Of a stretch of DNA of 64,000 bases, positions 38,565-51,022 are shown one piece after another; within the stretch, counting starts at the first letter, position 1, and each line of letters begins with the position of its first letter. Origin of the DNA: Lingula anatina (Eukaryota; Animalia; Brachiopoda); contig CM120643.1 in assembly GCA_051362555.1 (NCBI GenBank), positions 6,262,001 to 6,326,000 on the forward strand, read 5' to 3'. Below the pieces are notes generated by a model that was given only the letters and a program-made list of their open reading frames with translations, searched no databases and was not told the origin of the DNA. The translations under genes were made by a program, and so were the position numbers.

Positions 38565-39300
38565 GCAGAATATATATAATGAAACCACTCTGCTAATTAA
38601 GACATGCCTAGAATCACAGTATCATAGTAGAGAAGACTAGAATATATGATGAAACAACTCTGCTAAGATATGTCTAGAATCACAGTATCATAGTAGAGAA
38701 GACTAGAATATATGATGAAACTACTCTGCTAAGATATGTCTAGAATCACAGTATCATAGTAGAGAAGAATAGAATATATGATGAAACTACTTTGCTAAGA
38801 TATGCCTGAATCACAGTATCATAGTAGAGAAGACTAGAATATATGATGAAACTACTCTGCTAAGATATGTCTAGAATCACAGTATCATAGTAGAGAAGAC
38901 TAGAATATATGATGAAACTACTCTGCTAAGATATGTCTAGAATCACAGTATCATAGTAGAGAAGACTAGAATATATGATGAAACTACTCTGCTAAGATAT
39001 GTCTAGAATCACAGTATCATAGTTGAGAAGACCAGAATATATGATGAAACTACTTTGCTAAGATATGCCTGAATCACAGTATCATAGTAGAGAAGACTAG
39101 AATATATGATGAAACTACTCTGCTAAGATATGCCTAGAATCACAGTATCATAGTAGAGAAGACCAGAATATATGATGAAACTACTTTGCTAAGATATGCC
39201 TGAATCACAGTATCATAGTAGAGAAGACTAGAATATATGATGAAACTACTCTGCTAAGATATGTCTAGAATCACAGTATCATAGTAGAGAAGACTAGAAG
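38565..39300. repeat. Minisatellite, 65-66-bp unit, ~11 copies
   Basis: tagaatcacagtatcatagtagagaagactagaatatatgatgaaactactctgctaagatatgtc repeated. Confidence 0.95.
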
Positions 39301-39427
39301 ATGAAACATGTTATGACAGGCATCACCAGACATGTATAATGCAGTGTATATATGCATGCAGTTCTCACTAGAACATACTCTACTATGTTATACCAAGGTA
39401 ATGTTTCTTTTCAAGTTTCTCTTAGTG

Positions 39428-39641
39428 CAGTACAGCTGCTAGTCCACCCAGTAGAGATGGTAGTCCACCCAGTACAGTTGGTAGTCCACCCAGTAGAGAT
39501 GGTAGTCCACCCAGTACAGTTGGTAGTCCACCCAGTAGAGATGGTAGTCCACCCAGTACAGTTGGTAGTCCACCCAGTAGAGATGGAAGTCCACCCAGTA
39601 CAGCTGCTAGTCCACCCAGTAGAGATGGTAGTCCACCCAGT
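39428..39641. repeat. 21-bp tandem repeat with 42-bp higher-order period
   Basis: Alternating cagtagagatggtagtccacc / cagtacagttggtagtccacc, ~10 units. Confidence 0.95.
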
Positions 39642-40119
39642 TGACCTTTCTGGAAAATAATAAATTTGAACATGTACTTTCTTTTATGGACAAATCAAAC
39701 ACAAAAATATTCAAATATAACTGAAACTCAGCTTTTTAGAAGGGTAATATCTTTTACTAAATAATACTTTGGTAAAAAACTCTATTCCATGTAAAACATG
39801 TATTAGTTCTATAAGACAGGAATGAGAAGAGTATACGGTGATAATTCCATGTCCACTTAACTGGATAAATATAAACAAATATATCCATCACATACATTAA
39901 AAAATAAACGATAAGTATCAAGACAAAATTTCCTAATAAACCATGTTTTAAAGGCATCTCAATATACTGTTTATCTAACTCTTGGGGGAATTAAAATAGC
40001 GCAAACAACACCACTGGACAACTAGATCTCTCAACCTTGGTTTTAAAATACTAAAGAAGTGATAGGGGGTACCCATCTTAACATCAGTAACATCAGTATA
40101 TGCCTATTACCAGTTATTG

Positions 40120-42150
40120 TCTTTTGGGGACAATATATTTGGGAAAACTGAAATTTACATTGAAAAGACTGGCAAATCCCAGGACTTAAAATAGTTAAAC
40201 ATTAACAATTTTGTTAAATCTTGTCCAATATTTCTAAAGTTTGTATAAATGATGCTTAACAACAATAAAAACCTGTGATAGGCTGATCAAATGACTGCAT
40301 CTAATGAAAGGTATCTTCTTCGACTATATATTGAAAAAACTGAAAATTACACTGAAAACACTGGCAAATCCCAGGACTTAAAATAGTTAAACATTAACAC
40401 TTTTGTCAAATCTTGTCCAATATTCCTGAAATTTGTACAAATGATGCTTAACAACAATAAAAATCTGTGATTAGATGATCTGTTGACTGTATCTAATGAA
40501 AAGTGTTTTTTGGGACAACATATTTGGGAAAACTGAAATTTACATTGAAAAGACTGGCAAATCCCAGGACTTAAAATAGTTAAATGCTAATAATTTTGTT
40601 AAATCTTGTCCAGTATTTCTGAAATTTGTACAAATGATGCTTAACAACAATAAAAACCTGTGACAGGCTGATCAAATGACTGAGTCTAATGAAAAGTATC
40701 TTCTTTCGACAATATCTTTGAAAAAACTGATCATTACACTGAAAACACTGGCAAATTCCATGGCTTAAAATGGTTAAATGTTAATAATTTTGCAATGTGA
40801 TTATAAAATAAAATAGCAAATGTGATGACTTGAGGTTGTTTGTGTAAGAGGTTGCAAATTACCTATAACTGTCATCTGCAAAAAAAATATATACCCATAC
40901 AAGACTTCTCCTTACTATCAATGCCAGATACAGATTACTCCTTACAATGGGTTTCTGGAATGGGTTGTTGTTAGCACAATATTTGACAATGTCCTAAATC
41001 TTGCAACATATCATGTATTGTACACATGGATAAGACATAGTGCTGCTCTTGGTGCTGTCTTTAACTGCCTGCTTTTTCATGGTAAGGGTACTCTGGAAAA
41101 AGAACAATATAACTGAAAAAACTGAAAATTACATTGAAAAGACTGGCAAATCCCATAACTTAAAATAGTTAAACGTTAATAATTTTGACAAATCTTGTCC
41201 AATGTTTCTGAAATCTATACAAATGATGCTTAACAATAATAAAAATCTGTGATAAGCTGATCAGTTGTCTGTGTCTCATTTTAAGTGTCAAGTTTATTGG
41301 AACTTTATAATCAGAAGTGTGAGACTTAACCAAAACAAATATTTCAATATTGCAATGTATTATTTACTCTCAAAGAAAGCAGCAAATGTGATGATTTGAG
41401 TTTGTTTGTGTAGAAGGTTGCAAATTACCTATAACTGTCATCTGGAAATCAATATATACCCATTCAAGACTTCTTCTTGCTATCAATGCCAGATGCAGAT
41501 AACTCCTCACAATGGGTTTCTGGAATGGGTTGCTGTTAGCACAATATTTGACGATGTCCTAAATCTTGCCAAATATCATGTATTGTACACATGGATAAGA
41601 CATACTGCTGCTTTTGCTGCTGTCTTTCACTGCCTGCTTTTTCATAGTAAGGGTACTCTCAGACATGCTGAAACTGTCTGGACTGATAAAAAATTGGACT
41701 TGGTCGGTCCAAAGGACCGACAAGAGTTTTAAGAGGCGCCATTTTGAATTTCCAGTCATCGTTCGATGTACTTCAAGAATAAAATTATATAAAACCCAAA
41801 GCATTTTCCATTTCAAACTGACCACATTCACAAACAAAGTGAGCTACCTAATTGCAGTATCCGTCTCAAAAAAAAAATTGGGTGATTTCCGGTCTGGCAA
41901 AAATCCATTCAGTCCGGCAAATTTTTCATTACTGCCGGTCCAAATGTCCAGCCATTCTGAAAAGTTTTCAGCATGTCTGTACTCTGGAAAAAGAAGAACA
42001 TAATTAACTGAAAAAACTGAAAATTACATTGAAAAGACTAGCAAATCCCCTATAAATTACCTATAACTGTCATCTGGAAAACAATATATACCCATACAAG
42101 ATGCAGATTACTACTTACAATGGGTTTCTGGAATGAATTGCTGGTAACTG
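40120..42150. repeat. Patchwork of local duplications (~195-bp tandem unit plus duplicated exon-like block)
   Basis: aaaactgaaa..acattgaaaagactggcaaatccc unit at ~40143, 40336, 40530, 40722, 41117, 44295; second block repeated at 40815-41100, 41380-42000, 48895-49010. Confidence 0.8.
41660..41979. mobile_element. MITE with CAG termini and 6-bp TSD (hAT6-like)
   Basis: cagacatgctgaaa / tttcagcatgtctg; TACTCT duplicated; empty site gggtactctggaaaa at 41086-41100. Confidence 0.85.
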
Positions 42151-42475
42151 TGACCTTGAAATTGATCTTTACACTGGCAAACAATGTTAGTTTTAAAAAT
42201 ATTTGACATGATCCTGTCTACCACTTCCTTGGTAGAATATCCTCCCAGTGTGGCAAGGTGGTTTGACTATTGAAATAAATATAAAACCTTAATTAGTATA
42301 GCAGATTTATATATATATACATACAACAAATGATAAGTGTTCAGATTAAAATATATTTAATTTAATCATTTATCAAATAACCATTTAAAAAAAAACAAAT
42401 TTATAATTTATTCCATAGGTAGCTTCAGCACAACAATCACTACATTAATCATACTATTATTTTTTTAAAACTTAC

Positions 42476-42652
42476 CAGTAATTTCATTTTATACTTATCT
42501 TTAAGTGTGTTTTCAACCCTTGCCACATCTTCTCTAGTCTACATAGGAAACTTAATTATATTTTAGCAGCTTTTTCAGCTTTTGCAGCAGCAATTTTCAC
42601 CTTGATTGCTTTATTTCTATCAGGTCCATGGTGACAGTCCATGATGATTTCA
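42476..42652 (-). pseudogene. Degenerate exon, possibly CaRF/MULE-related DNA-binding fragment
   Basis: tttcag acceptor and gtaagt donor; EIIMDCHHGPDRNKAIK then stops. Family assignment rests on one short motif. Confidence 0.35.
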
Positions 42653-42840
42653 CTGAAAATCATAAAAGGTATCAAATTCTAACTGTCCACATGAAGTATC
42701 TTGTCTTTGATTCCATCTTATCATTTTGGTTGAGAATTTCCAGTCTCATCTTACAAATTGCACCATTCCATCATATTTATATAATATTAATCAGCAAAAC
42801 ATGTTGTATTTTGCATGCAGATCTGTGGATTGTTGCTTAC

Positions 42841-43020
42841 CAGAAAACACAATGTCCTCAAATTTCTCTTCCACTGCCAGGGCCTCCCGACACCAGTTTA
42901 CTCTTTTTGGACGGTTGATCAATCTTACAAGTTGACAGTAGCCTTAACTAGCTTTCCCACTCTTCACCCAGCCAATCGTCTTTCTAAATCTCCACACAGC
43001 GCTGGATGATACAAGCAGAC
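42841..43020 (-). pseudogene. Intron-bounded exon of a Tc1/IS630-type transposase
   Basis: LLVSSSAVWRFRKTIGWVKSGKAS*GYCQLVRLINRPKRVNWCREALAVEEKFEDIVFS(D); ttaacag acceptor, G|GTAAGC donor; 180 nt. Confidence 0.7.
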
Positions 43021-43195
43021 CTGTTAAAACAAACAAAAAAGAGGAGGATTTATATGAACTTTCAGACAATAAAATTTTTTCTTCATATATACAAGTGATT
43101 ATTTATTTACAAATTAAATCAATACAACTAGGTAAGGTATTGCAAGTGCAGGTACTTTGACAATTATAACAGTCCAAAAAAGAAAAACATCTTTG

Positions 43196-43440
43196 ACTGC
43201 ATTTCAGGAGATTTAGATCGATCCATCTGGATCAACCCAACTCCCTGGGGGTTCAAGCTAAATTGCTGTCAGCCGAGCGTGCACGACAGTTAATTACCCC
43301 CGTACAGCTTTCAGTAGGTGGGACAGACATTTAAGCCGGTTAAGCTGACACCAATCTATTTAAGCCGGTTAAGCTGACACCAATCTAGTGAGACTCCCCA
43401 GGGGGATAGATTGATCTAAATATCTATGGGAATGGAGTCT
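43196..43440. mobile_element. H1 MITE copy with a ~25-bp internal duplication
   Basis: Homologous to 24409-24623; atttaagccggttaagctgacaccaatct occurs twice. Confidence 0.75.
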
Positions 43441-43875
43441 TTTACTTATGACTTCAATCAAGTATGTGTGACTAGAATACTTCCACAGTCCCTCAGCACT
43501 GAACCCAAAAAAAAATCTGTCTTTAAAACAAATATAATTTTGCAACAGTTGTTAAACTGATATTTTCCATTAATATGTCAAATGTTCAGTTTTCATTCCA
43601 CGTTCATTCTTTTACCCTCCCTCTGCTGCTACATGTTGCTGTGGATGGCAGTGTGACAGCAGCCCTGGTGCTAGCTGTTGTTGTTGTTGTTGCAGTTGGG
43701 CTGTCACTTGAGATATCATTATCATCATCATCATCTTCATCATCATTGCCTACTAATTAATTAATTTTTTTTTTTTTACAAAACCCACCAAGAGCAGGCA
43801 AATTTTCTAGATCAATTGTGCATAGTGGTTCTGTAAATCCACAGATCGCAGTGTCTAAGCACAATATTTGACAAT

Positions 43876-44112
43876 GGGAGCATTCACATCAAAAGTGCTG
43901 AGGTCTAGTAAGGCTGCGACCTAAATATGGCATCCCTGCAGGGGCACAGTAACTATCTCGGCTCAATTCTACTGGTCGAGGGACAACACGTGGGGAGGCA
44001 TGTGAGAGGCGGAGAGACCACTACAGGATAAGCGGTCTTCCTTTCATGTAGGTCCGCCATATTTAGGTTGAAGCCTTACTAGACCTCGGCTCTTCTCGAT
44101 GTGAATGCTCCC
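43876..44112. mobile_element. MITE with long TIRs and 3-bp AAT TSD (Harbinger-like)
   Basis: gggagcattcacatc / gatgtgaatgctccc; empty site atttgacaatgtcctaaatc at 40981-41000. Confidence 0.8.
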
Positions 44113-44414
44113 AATGTCCTAAATCTTGAAACATCCCATGACTTAAAATAGTTAAACGTTATTCATTTTGTCAAACCTTGTCCAATATTTCTGAAATTTT
44201 GAAAAATGATGCTTAAAAAGAATAAAAATCTGTGATAAGCTGATCAAATGACTGTGTCTAATGAAAAGTTTCTTCTTCGGACAATATCTTTGAAAAAACT
44301 GGAAATTACACTGAAAACACTGGCAAATTCCACGACTCAAAACAGTTAAACGTTAATAATTTTGACAAATCTTGTCCAATGTTTCTGAAATCTATACAAA
44401 TGATGCTTAACAAT

Positions 44415-47400
44415 AACAAGGCAGCAAAGCTGTCAAATGTACAGACAAGAAAAAAGGAAAAAACAAAATAGGGTACAGTCAATTCTGATGCAAAAGTACA
44501 TTATGTTAAACTGCAAATTCAACATCAAATTTTAATTATGCTCAACAGGTAATTCCAATGTAAGTAAAATGTGTAACAAGCATAAGGCTTCAGCCCCATA
44601 GGAGTTCAAGTTCACACTCTGAAAATGTATAACTTCCAGAAAAAGAAGTCAATTAGACTGCTTTTCCAACTCAGGTTGCATTTTAGTCCTGTAATTCTTT
44701 TTTGAAAGTTTGGCAATCATAAGTAACATGGTTTTCCCATAATGGTTTTCATGGCAGCAGCACCCAAAATTGTGAGTTCTTCTATTCTGATGCAATATTA
44801 CATAATGGTTAACAGCAAAATGACAATCAATTTTTAATAATAAAATAAAGGTATCATGGATTTTCAGAAAATGTGACTAGCATGGGTCTTCAAGCCTGTG
44901 GAACTTCAAAGTCACACCTTGAAAATGCCAATATGTGAAAAATTAAACTTTCACAAAAAAAAAATGTTTAACCGGCAGAAAGAATTACCAAACAGATTGC
45001 ATTGCCTACTGAAGCTGTATTTAAGTCCCATGTTTCTTTCTGTAAGTTTGAGAACAGTAAATGACATGGTTTTCCTTAAATGGTCATCATAGGAGCAGTG
45101 CCCAAAAAAGGTTTATTTTCAAATTTTGATGCAATATTACATAATGTTTAACACCATAATGATCATCAATTTTTAATAATATCATGTATATTCAGAAAAT
45201 GTGACTAGCAAAGGTCTTCATGCCCATGGAACTTCAAAGTGACACCTTGAATATGCCAAAATGTAAACTAGACAGCACTGTGCTGAAATGGGTTTATTTC
45301 CATTTTTAACACTTTTTTAATATAAGACGAAATAAACAGTTTACTGCCATTTTTATATGATCAACTAAGAAAATTGATGAGATGGGACAAATATCTATAG
45401 AACTGTGTCAAATGTCCAATTTCCTCCATTCTGACATTCTGAACATAGTAAATGATTGAATCTGACTGATATGAGTTTATTTCCATTTTTGACACTTTAT
45501 TACACAATACACGATAACAAGTTTACCATCATTTCTACATAATCAACTAACAATGTTGTAAAGATGCAGGAAATGTCAAACAAACACTTTTATGTGTCTA
45601 ATTAATTAAATAATAAGACTGTTAACATGCCTAAGAATTGAATTTGAGGAAATGTGAAACAAGGCAGCAAAGCTGTCAAATGTACAGACAAAAAGCAGAC
45701 AATAACAATGCACAAAACAGGCTACTGTCAAATCTGATGCAAAAGTACATTATGCTTAACTGCAAATTCAACATCAAATTTTAATTATGCTCAACAGGTA
45801 ATACCAATGTAAGTGAAATGTGAAACAAGCGTAAGGCTTCGAGCCCATGGGAGTTTAAGTTCACACTTTGAATATGCCAGAATGAGAAAAATGAAAATTT
45901 CACATAAAACTGCTTAAATTCAATAATAAATGATAACCCATTTGAGCTGGCTTTCTTATTTGAACTGCATACCAATCCTACCAATCATACTTGTAAGTTG
46001 AAAATACTAATAAGTAACAGTTTTCTTTTCATAATGTTTGTAGTAGCAGTGCAAAAAGATTTTTGTCAATTTTGATGTAACATTACATAATAAATTACAG
46101 AATAATTATCACCAATTTTTGATTATTGACTATAAATAGCATGGACAAGTAGAAAATTTGATTACCATTTGGCTTCATGTCCATGGGAGCTTCGAGTCCC
46201 ACAATGAATATGCCAACATGATAAAAATGAATATTTCACTAAAATGTATATCTTCCAGAAAAAGAAGCCAATTAGACTGCTTTTCCAGCTCAGGCTGCAT
46301 TTTAGTCCTTTGTTTCTTTTTTGAAAGTTTGACAATCATAAGTAACATGGTTTTCCCATAATGGTCATCATGGCAGCAGCACCCAAAATTGTGTTTTCTT
46401 CTATTTTAATGCAATATTACATAATGCTTAACAGCATAATGACCATCAGTTTTTAATAATAAAAGATCCGTATCATGGATTTTCAGAAAATGTGATTAGC
46501 ATGGGTCTTCAAGCTCGTGGAGGTTCTTAAGTCACACCTTGAAAATGCCAATATGTGAAAAATTAAATTTTCACAAAAAAAAAAAAAAAACAGTTTAACT
46601 GCCAGAAAAATTTACCAAACAAACTGCATTGCCCACTGAAGCTTTATTTAAGTCCCATGTTTCTTTCCTGTAAGTTTGAGAACAGTAAGTGACATGGTTT
46701 TCCTTAAATGGTCATCATGGGAGCAGTGTCCAAAATAGGTGTGTCTTCAAATTTTGATGCAATATTACATAATGTTTAACAGGATAATTACCATCAATTT
46801 TTAATAATAAAATATTAGTATCATGGATATTCAGAAAATGTTCCTAGCAAAGGTCTTCAGGCCCAAGGAACTTCAAAGTCACACCTTGAAAATGCCAATA
46901 TGTGAAAAATTAAATTTTCACAAAAAAAACAGTTTAACTGCCAGAAAAATTTACCAAACAAACTGCATTGCCCACTGAAGCTTTATTTAAGTCCCATGTT
47001 TCTTTCCTGTAAGTTTGAGAACAGTAAGTGACATGGTTGTCCTTAAATGGTCATCATGGGAGCAGTGTCCAAAATAGGTGTGTCTTCAAATTTTGATGCA
47101 ATATTACATAATGTTTAACAGGATAATTACCATCAATTTTTAATAATAAAATATTAGTATCATGGATATTCAGAAAATGTTCCTAGCAAAGGTCTTCAGG
47201 CCCAAGGAACTTCAAAGTCACACCTTGAAAATGCCAAAATGTAGACAAGGCAGCACTGTCCTGAAATGTGTTTTTTTCCATTTTTAACAATTTTTTAACA
47301 TATAACAAAATTAACAATTTACTGCCATTTTTATATGATCAACTAAGAAAATTGATGAGATAGGAAAAATATCAATAGAACAGTGTTAAATGTCCAATTT

Positions 47401-48754
47401 CCTCCATTCTGAGATTCTGAACATAGTGAATGAATGAATCTGACAAACTGCTATGATATGAGTTTATTTCTATTTTTGAAACTCTATTATACAATACATG
47501 ATAACAAGTTTACCATCATTTTTACATAATCATTTAACAATGTTGTAAAGATGCAGGAAATGTCAAACAAACACTTTTACGAATCTTATTAGTTAAATAA
47601 TGAGACTGTTAACATGCCTAAGAATTGAATCTGAGGAAATGTGAAAAAACAGCATAACTTATAAAATAATGGTCCGATTATGCTGATTTTCGAACTTGAC
47701 CTGCGTTTTAGTAAGATTAATTACTCCTGTGAGTTTCATGACAACAGGTCTATCGGTTTTCCTTGAAATGTGTTAACAGTGTTGCACATATGCTCAAAAG
47801 TGAAAAAAACAGCATAACTACTAAAATAGTGGCCCGATCATGCTGATTTTCGAACTTGATCTGCGTTTTAGTAAGATTGATTACTCCTGTGAGTTTCATG
47901 ACAACAGGCCTATCTGTTTTCCTTGAAATGTGTTAACAGTGTTGTATATATGCTAAAAAGTGAAAAAACAGCATAAATTCTACAATAATGGCCCGATCAT
48001 GCTGATTTTCGAACTTGACCTGTGTTTTATGAATATTAGTCAGCTCTGTAAATGTTAGGCCAAAAAGTAAAACCGTCTTCCACTTATGGTGTTAACGCTG
48101 AAAGTGCACGGCGACGGCGACATGATCGGCGACGGCGACGGCGACGACAGACGCAGGTGATGGCAATATGTACAGACACATCTGTGTCTGTACATAAAAA
48201 CAGCATGACTTCTAAAACAATGGCCTGATTATACTAATTTTCAAACTCTACCTGCATTTTAGTAAGATTGACCACTCCTGTGAGTTTAATGACAATTGGT
48301 CTATCTGTTTTTCTTATATTGTGTTTACAGTGTTGCATATATGCTAAAAAGTGAAAAAACAGCATAACTACTAAAATAGTGGCCTGATCATGCCGATTTT
48401 CGAACTTGACCTGCGTTTTAGTAAGATTGATTACTCCTGTGAGTTTCATGACAACAGGCCTAACGGTTTTCCTTAAAATGTGTTAACAGGGTTGCATATA
48501 TGCTGAAAAGTGAAAAAAACAGCATAACTTCTACAATAATGGCCCGATCATGCTGATTTTAGAACTTGACCTGCGTTTTATGAATATTCATCAGCTCTGT
48601 AAATATAAAGCCAAAAAGTAAAACTGCCCTCCACTTATGGTGTTAACAAGGAAAGTGCACGGCGCCGGCATCGGCGACGGCATCGGCGACGACAGCGACG
48701 ACAGACACAGGTGATGGCAATATGTACAGACACATCTGTGTCTGTACATAAAAA
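44415..48754 (-). mobile_element. HINE (Helentron-associated) element with a second copy nested inside (45658-48200)
   Basis: Ends aacaaggcagcaaagctgtcaaatgtacagaca (44415, 45658) and palindrome tatgtacagacacatctgtgtctgtacataaaaa (ending 48200, 48754); cggcga microsatellite; ~160-bp internal tandem repeats; flanks rejoin to match 41225-41285. Confidence 0.8.
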
Positions 48755-50689
48755 TCTGTGATAAGCTGATCAGTAGTCTGTGTCTCATTTTAAGTGTCAA
48801 GTTTATTGGAACTTTATAATCAGAAGTGTGAGACTTAACCAATTTGAAAAGAAATATTTCAATATTGCAATGTAATATTTACTCTCAAAGAAAACAGCAA
48901 ATGTAATGATCTGAGTTTGTTTGTGTAGGAGGTTGCAAATTACCTATAACTGTCATCTGGAAAACAATATATACCCATACAAGACTTCTTCTTGCTATCA
49001 ATGCCAAATGTGATCCATGACAGCTAACCTGCTGAGAGTGAATGGCACCCTATGTGGACAAGTTGGGAATGCTGGAATTGATAACAGGTGACTACATACA
49101 TCTTTTTCAATAGCAGTATATGAATCAGCTTTGCAACAGTTTTAGAAATGGACCAATATCTGTACTTTAAAGCTGGGACATAATTTTATATCAGATTTTC
49201 AAACAAAGAAGTTGGTATTTTCTGGTCAAATGCACCCATTACTCGTCTCTTAATTCACCGAGTTAACTAAATTGACAAGCAATCTTTACAGCTTCAGTAA
49301 GGAACCCACTACTTGACAACCCATTTCTTTGATATCCATCTTCATTCTAAGCAATACTTACTACACCCTTCCTTATTGCTGTCATTGCTATAGTCATTGC
49401 TGTGGTAACATCTCCAAGTTAAGTTGATACAGCAACAATATTACCACATACAAACATATATGGATGACATGTGTGATCCACAGGAAGACAATAAAAAATA
49501 CATCTTTAAAACAATCTACTTTATTTTCAAGTGTCTTAAAACTGTTCCTTCACTTTCTTTGACAAAGCATTAAGATACCTGGGTAATTTACATTAAAATT
49601 CTTACATCATTAGCAGCACAAATTCACCTAAATATCAGGCATTACATTGAACAAGATGAAAAACTTGCTGAAAGGCTGTGATTAAGCAGCAATACAGATT
49701 CAAAAATTCACTGAAATATGTAAAGATCCAGAGGATAATGAAATCCACTTATGAAGCTTCATGAAACTCATGTTGTTATCTGACCATCTTGAAAATAAGC
49801 CTGCGGTTATTGTGTTTTATTATTTTTATTTTAATATAGTTCTGTGCCTCCTAGTTCAGTGTAGTAGTCTGGAGTCATTGTGTTCCATTGTGGCATTATA
49901 GTCCTGTGCCTCCTAGTACGGTGTAGTACAGTGTAGTGTGGAGTCAGATGATGAACTGGAAAAGACAAAAAGTCAATGACCAGGGTTTTTCCTAAAGATT
50001 CAGAATATTAGAATTACATCAAATAAACTGCAAAGAAATATTTTATAAAAAAAAATTACCAAAAAAAGTGTTGTTGTAAGTCGACGCTCAAGCATACACT
50101 GTACCAGTACTGATAAGACTAATAAAGAGGTGGGTTTATGGTGCTTTCTGAAACTCTGGATGGTAGTGCTAGTTCATGTAAGTGGACACGCCATGGGCAG
50201 TTTTAGTTGTTCATAGTTAAGTTCATATATTACTATTTAGACAGATGACTCAAAAGAAACAAGAAAAATGGCCCACTTAAAAATTATATAAGAAGGAATA
50301 ACGTCAGTTCTTCATTTTATTGCCTCACCTTCATAAGGCATTGGATGAAAGGGGAATGGCAAAACTGAAGTAGATGACTGCGTGCAATCTTGCTAGAACT
50401 CCAAGAGCGCTTTTAATCTGCAGCGTCAACATTCTGAAGCATTTTGTAAAATCTTCACCAGCACATTGCATCGTGATGTGAACAGTGAACAACTGACACA
50501 GTCGATACCATATGTATCCGTCACTTTAGATGTCTCATCCTGAACTCACCAATTAAGTTTGTCAATAGAATCTATGACAAAACCATCTAAGAAAAGTGTC
50601 CTGATGTATGGTGAAACTCAGTGTGCAGAACGTTTGATGAAAATTCCGACTTTTCAGCGTCACCCTTTGCCTAGTCTACTCCATATGAA

Positions 50690-51000
50690 AATTGTTTAGT
50701 ATAGATGGCGCTATGCAAGAGGTGAGATTTAGGATTTGTAAAGGACTGCGGCCAGTATCAGCAACAGGTTCCCCGCTTGCTTTCTAAGAAACTCGTGCGA
50801 GGAGGGAGGGAGTTCTGGAACCGCAATAGATATGACCAGTGTCCAGGCACTGTGATATATATTACGATATATTGTGATTTCTATTTAGTAGAAAGACTCA
50901 AGGTCGAGAGCGTCAATCTGATTGGTTTAAAGTTAAGGAAACTATACAGGAACCGTCCAATGAAATTCTTTTATGCAATAATTATTCCTGTTTATTGTTT
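50690..51000. promoter_or_regulatory. Putative bidirectional promoter region
   Basis: Lies between a minus-strand donor (50329/28, AAG|GTGAGG) and the plus-strand first exon at 51023; CCAAT boxes at ~50921 (attgg) and ~50957; CTCF-like agatggcgct at 50703. Confidence 0.35.
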
Positions 51001-51022
51001 TAGTCAACAAAGCAAAGAGACA

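Noticed and set aside
38565-39641. Regular repeats superficially like a CRISPR array
   Set aside because: No unique spacers, no cas genes, eukaryotic context; ordinary minisatellites.
43600-43755. Minus-strand D-rich and T-rich coding-like stretch
   Set aside because: Explained by trinucleotide repeats; no convincing splice context or homology.
50778-50822. Possible second heat shock element
   Set aside because: Only two adjacent nGAAn units, below the three-unit minimum.
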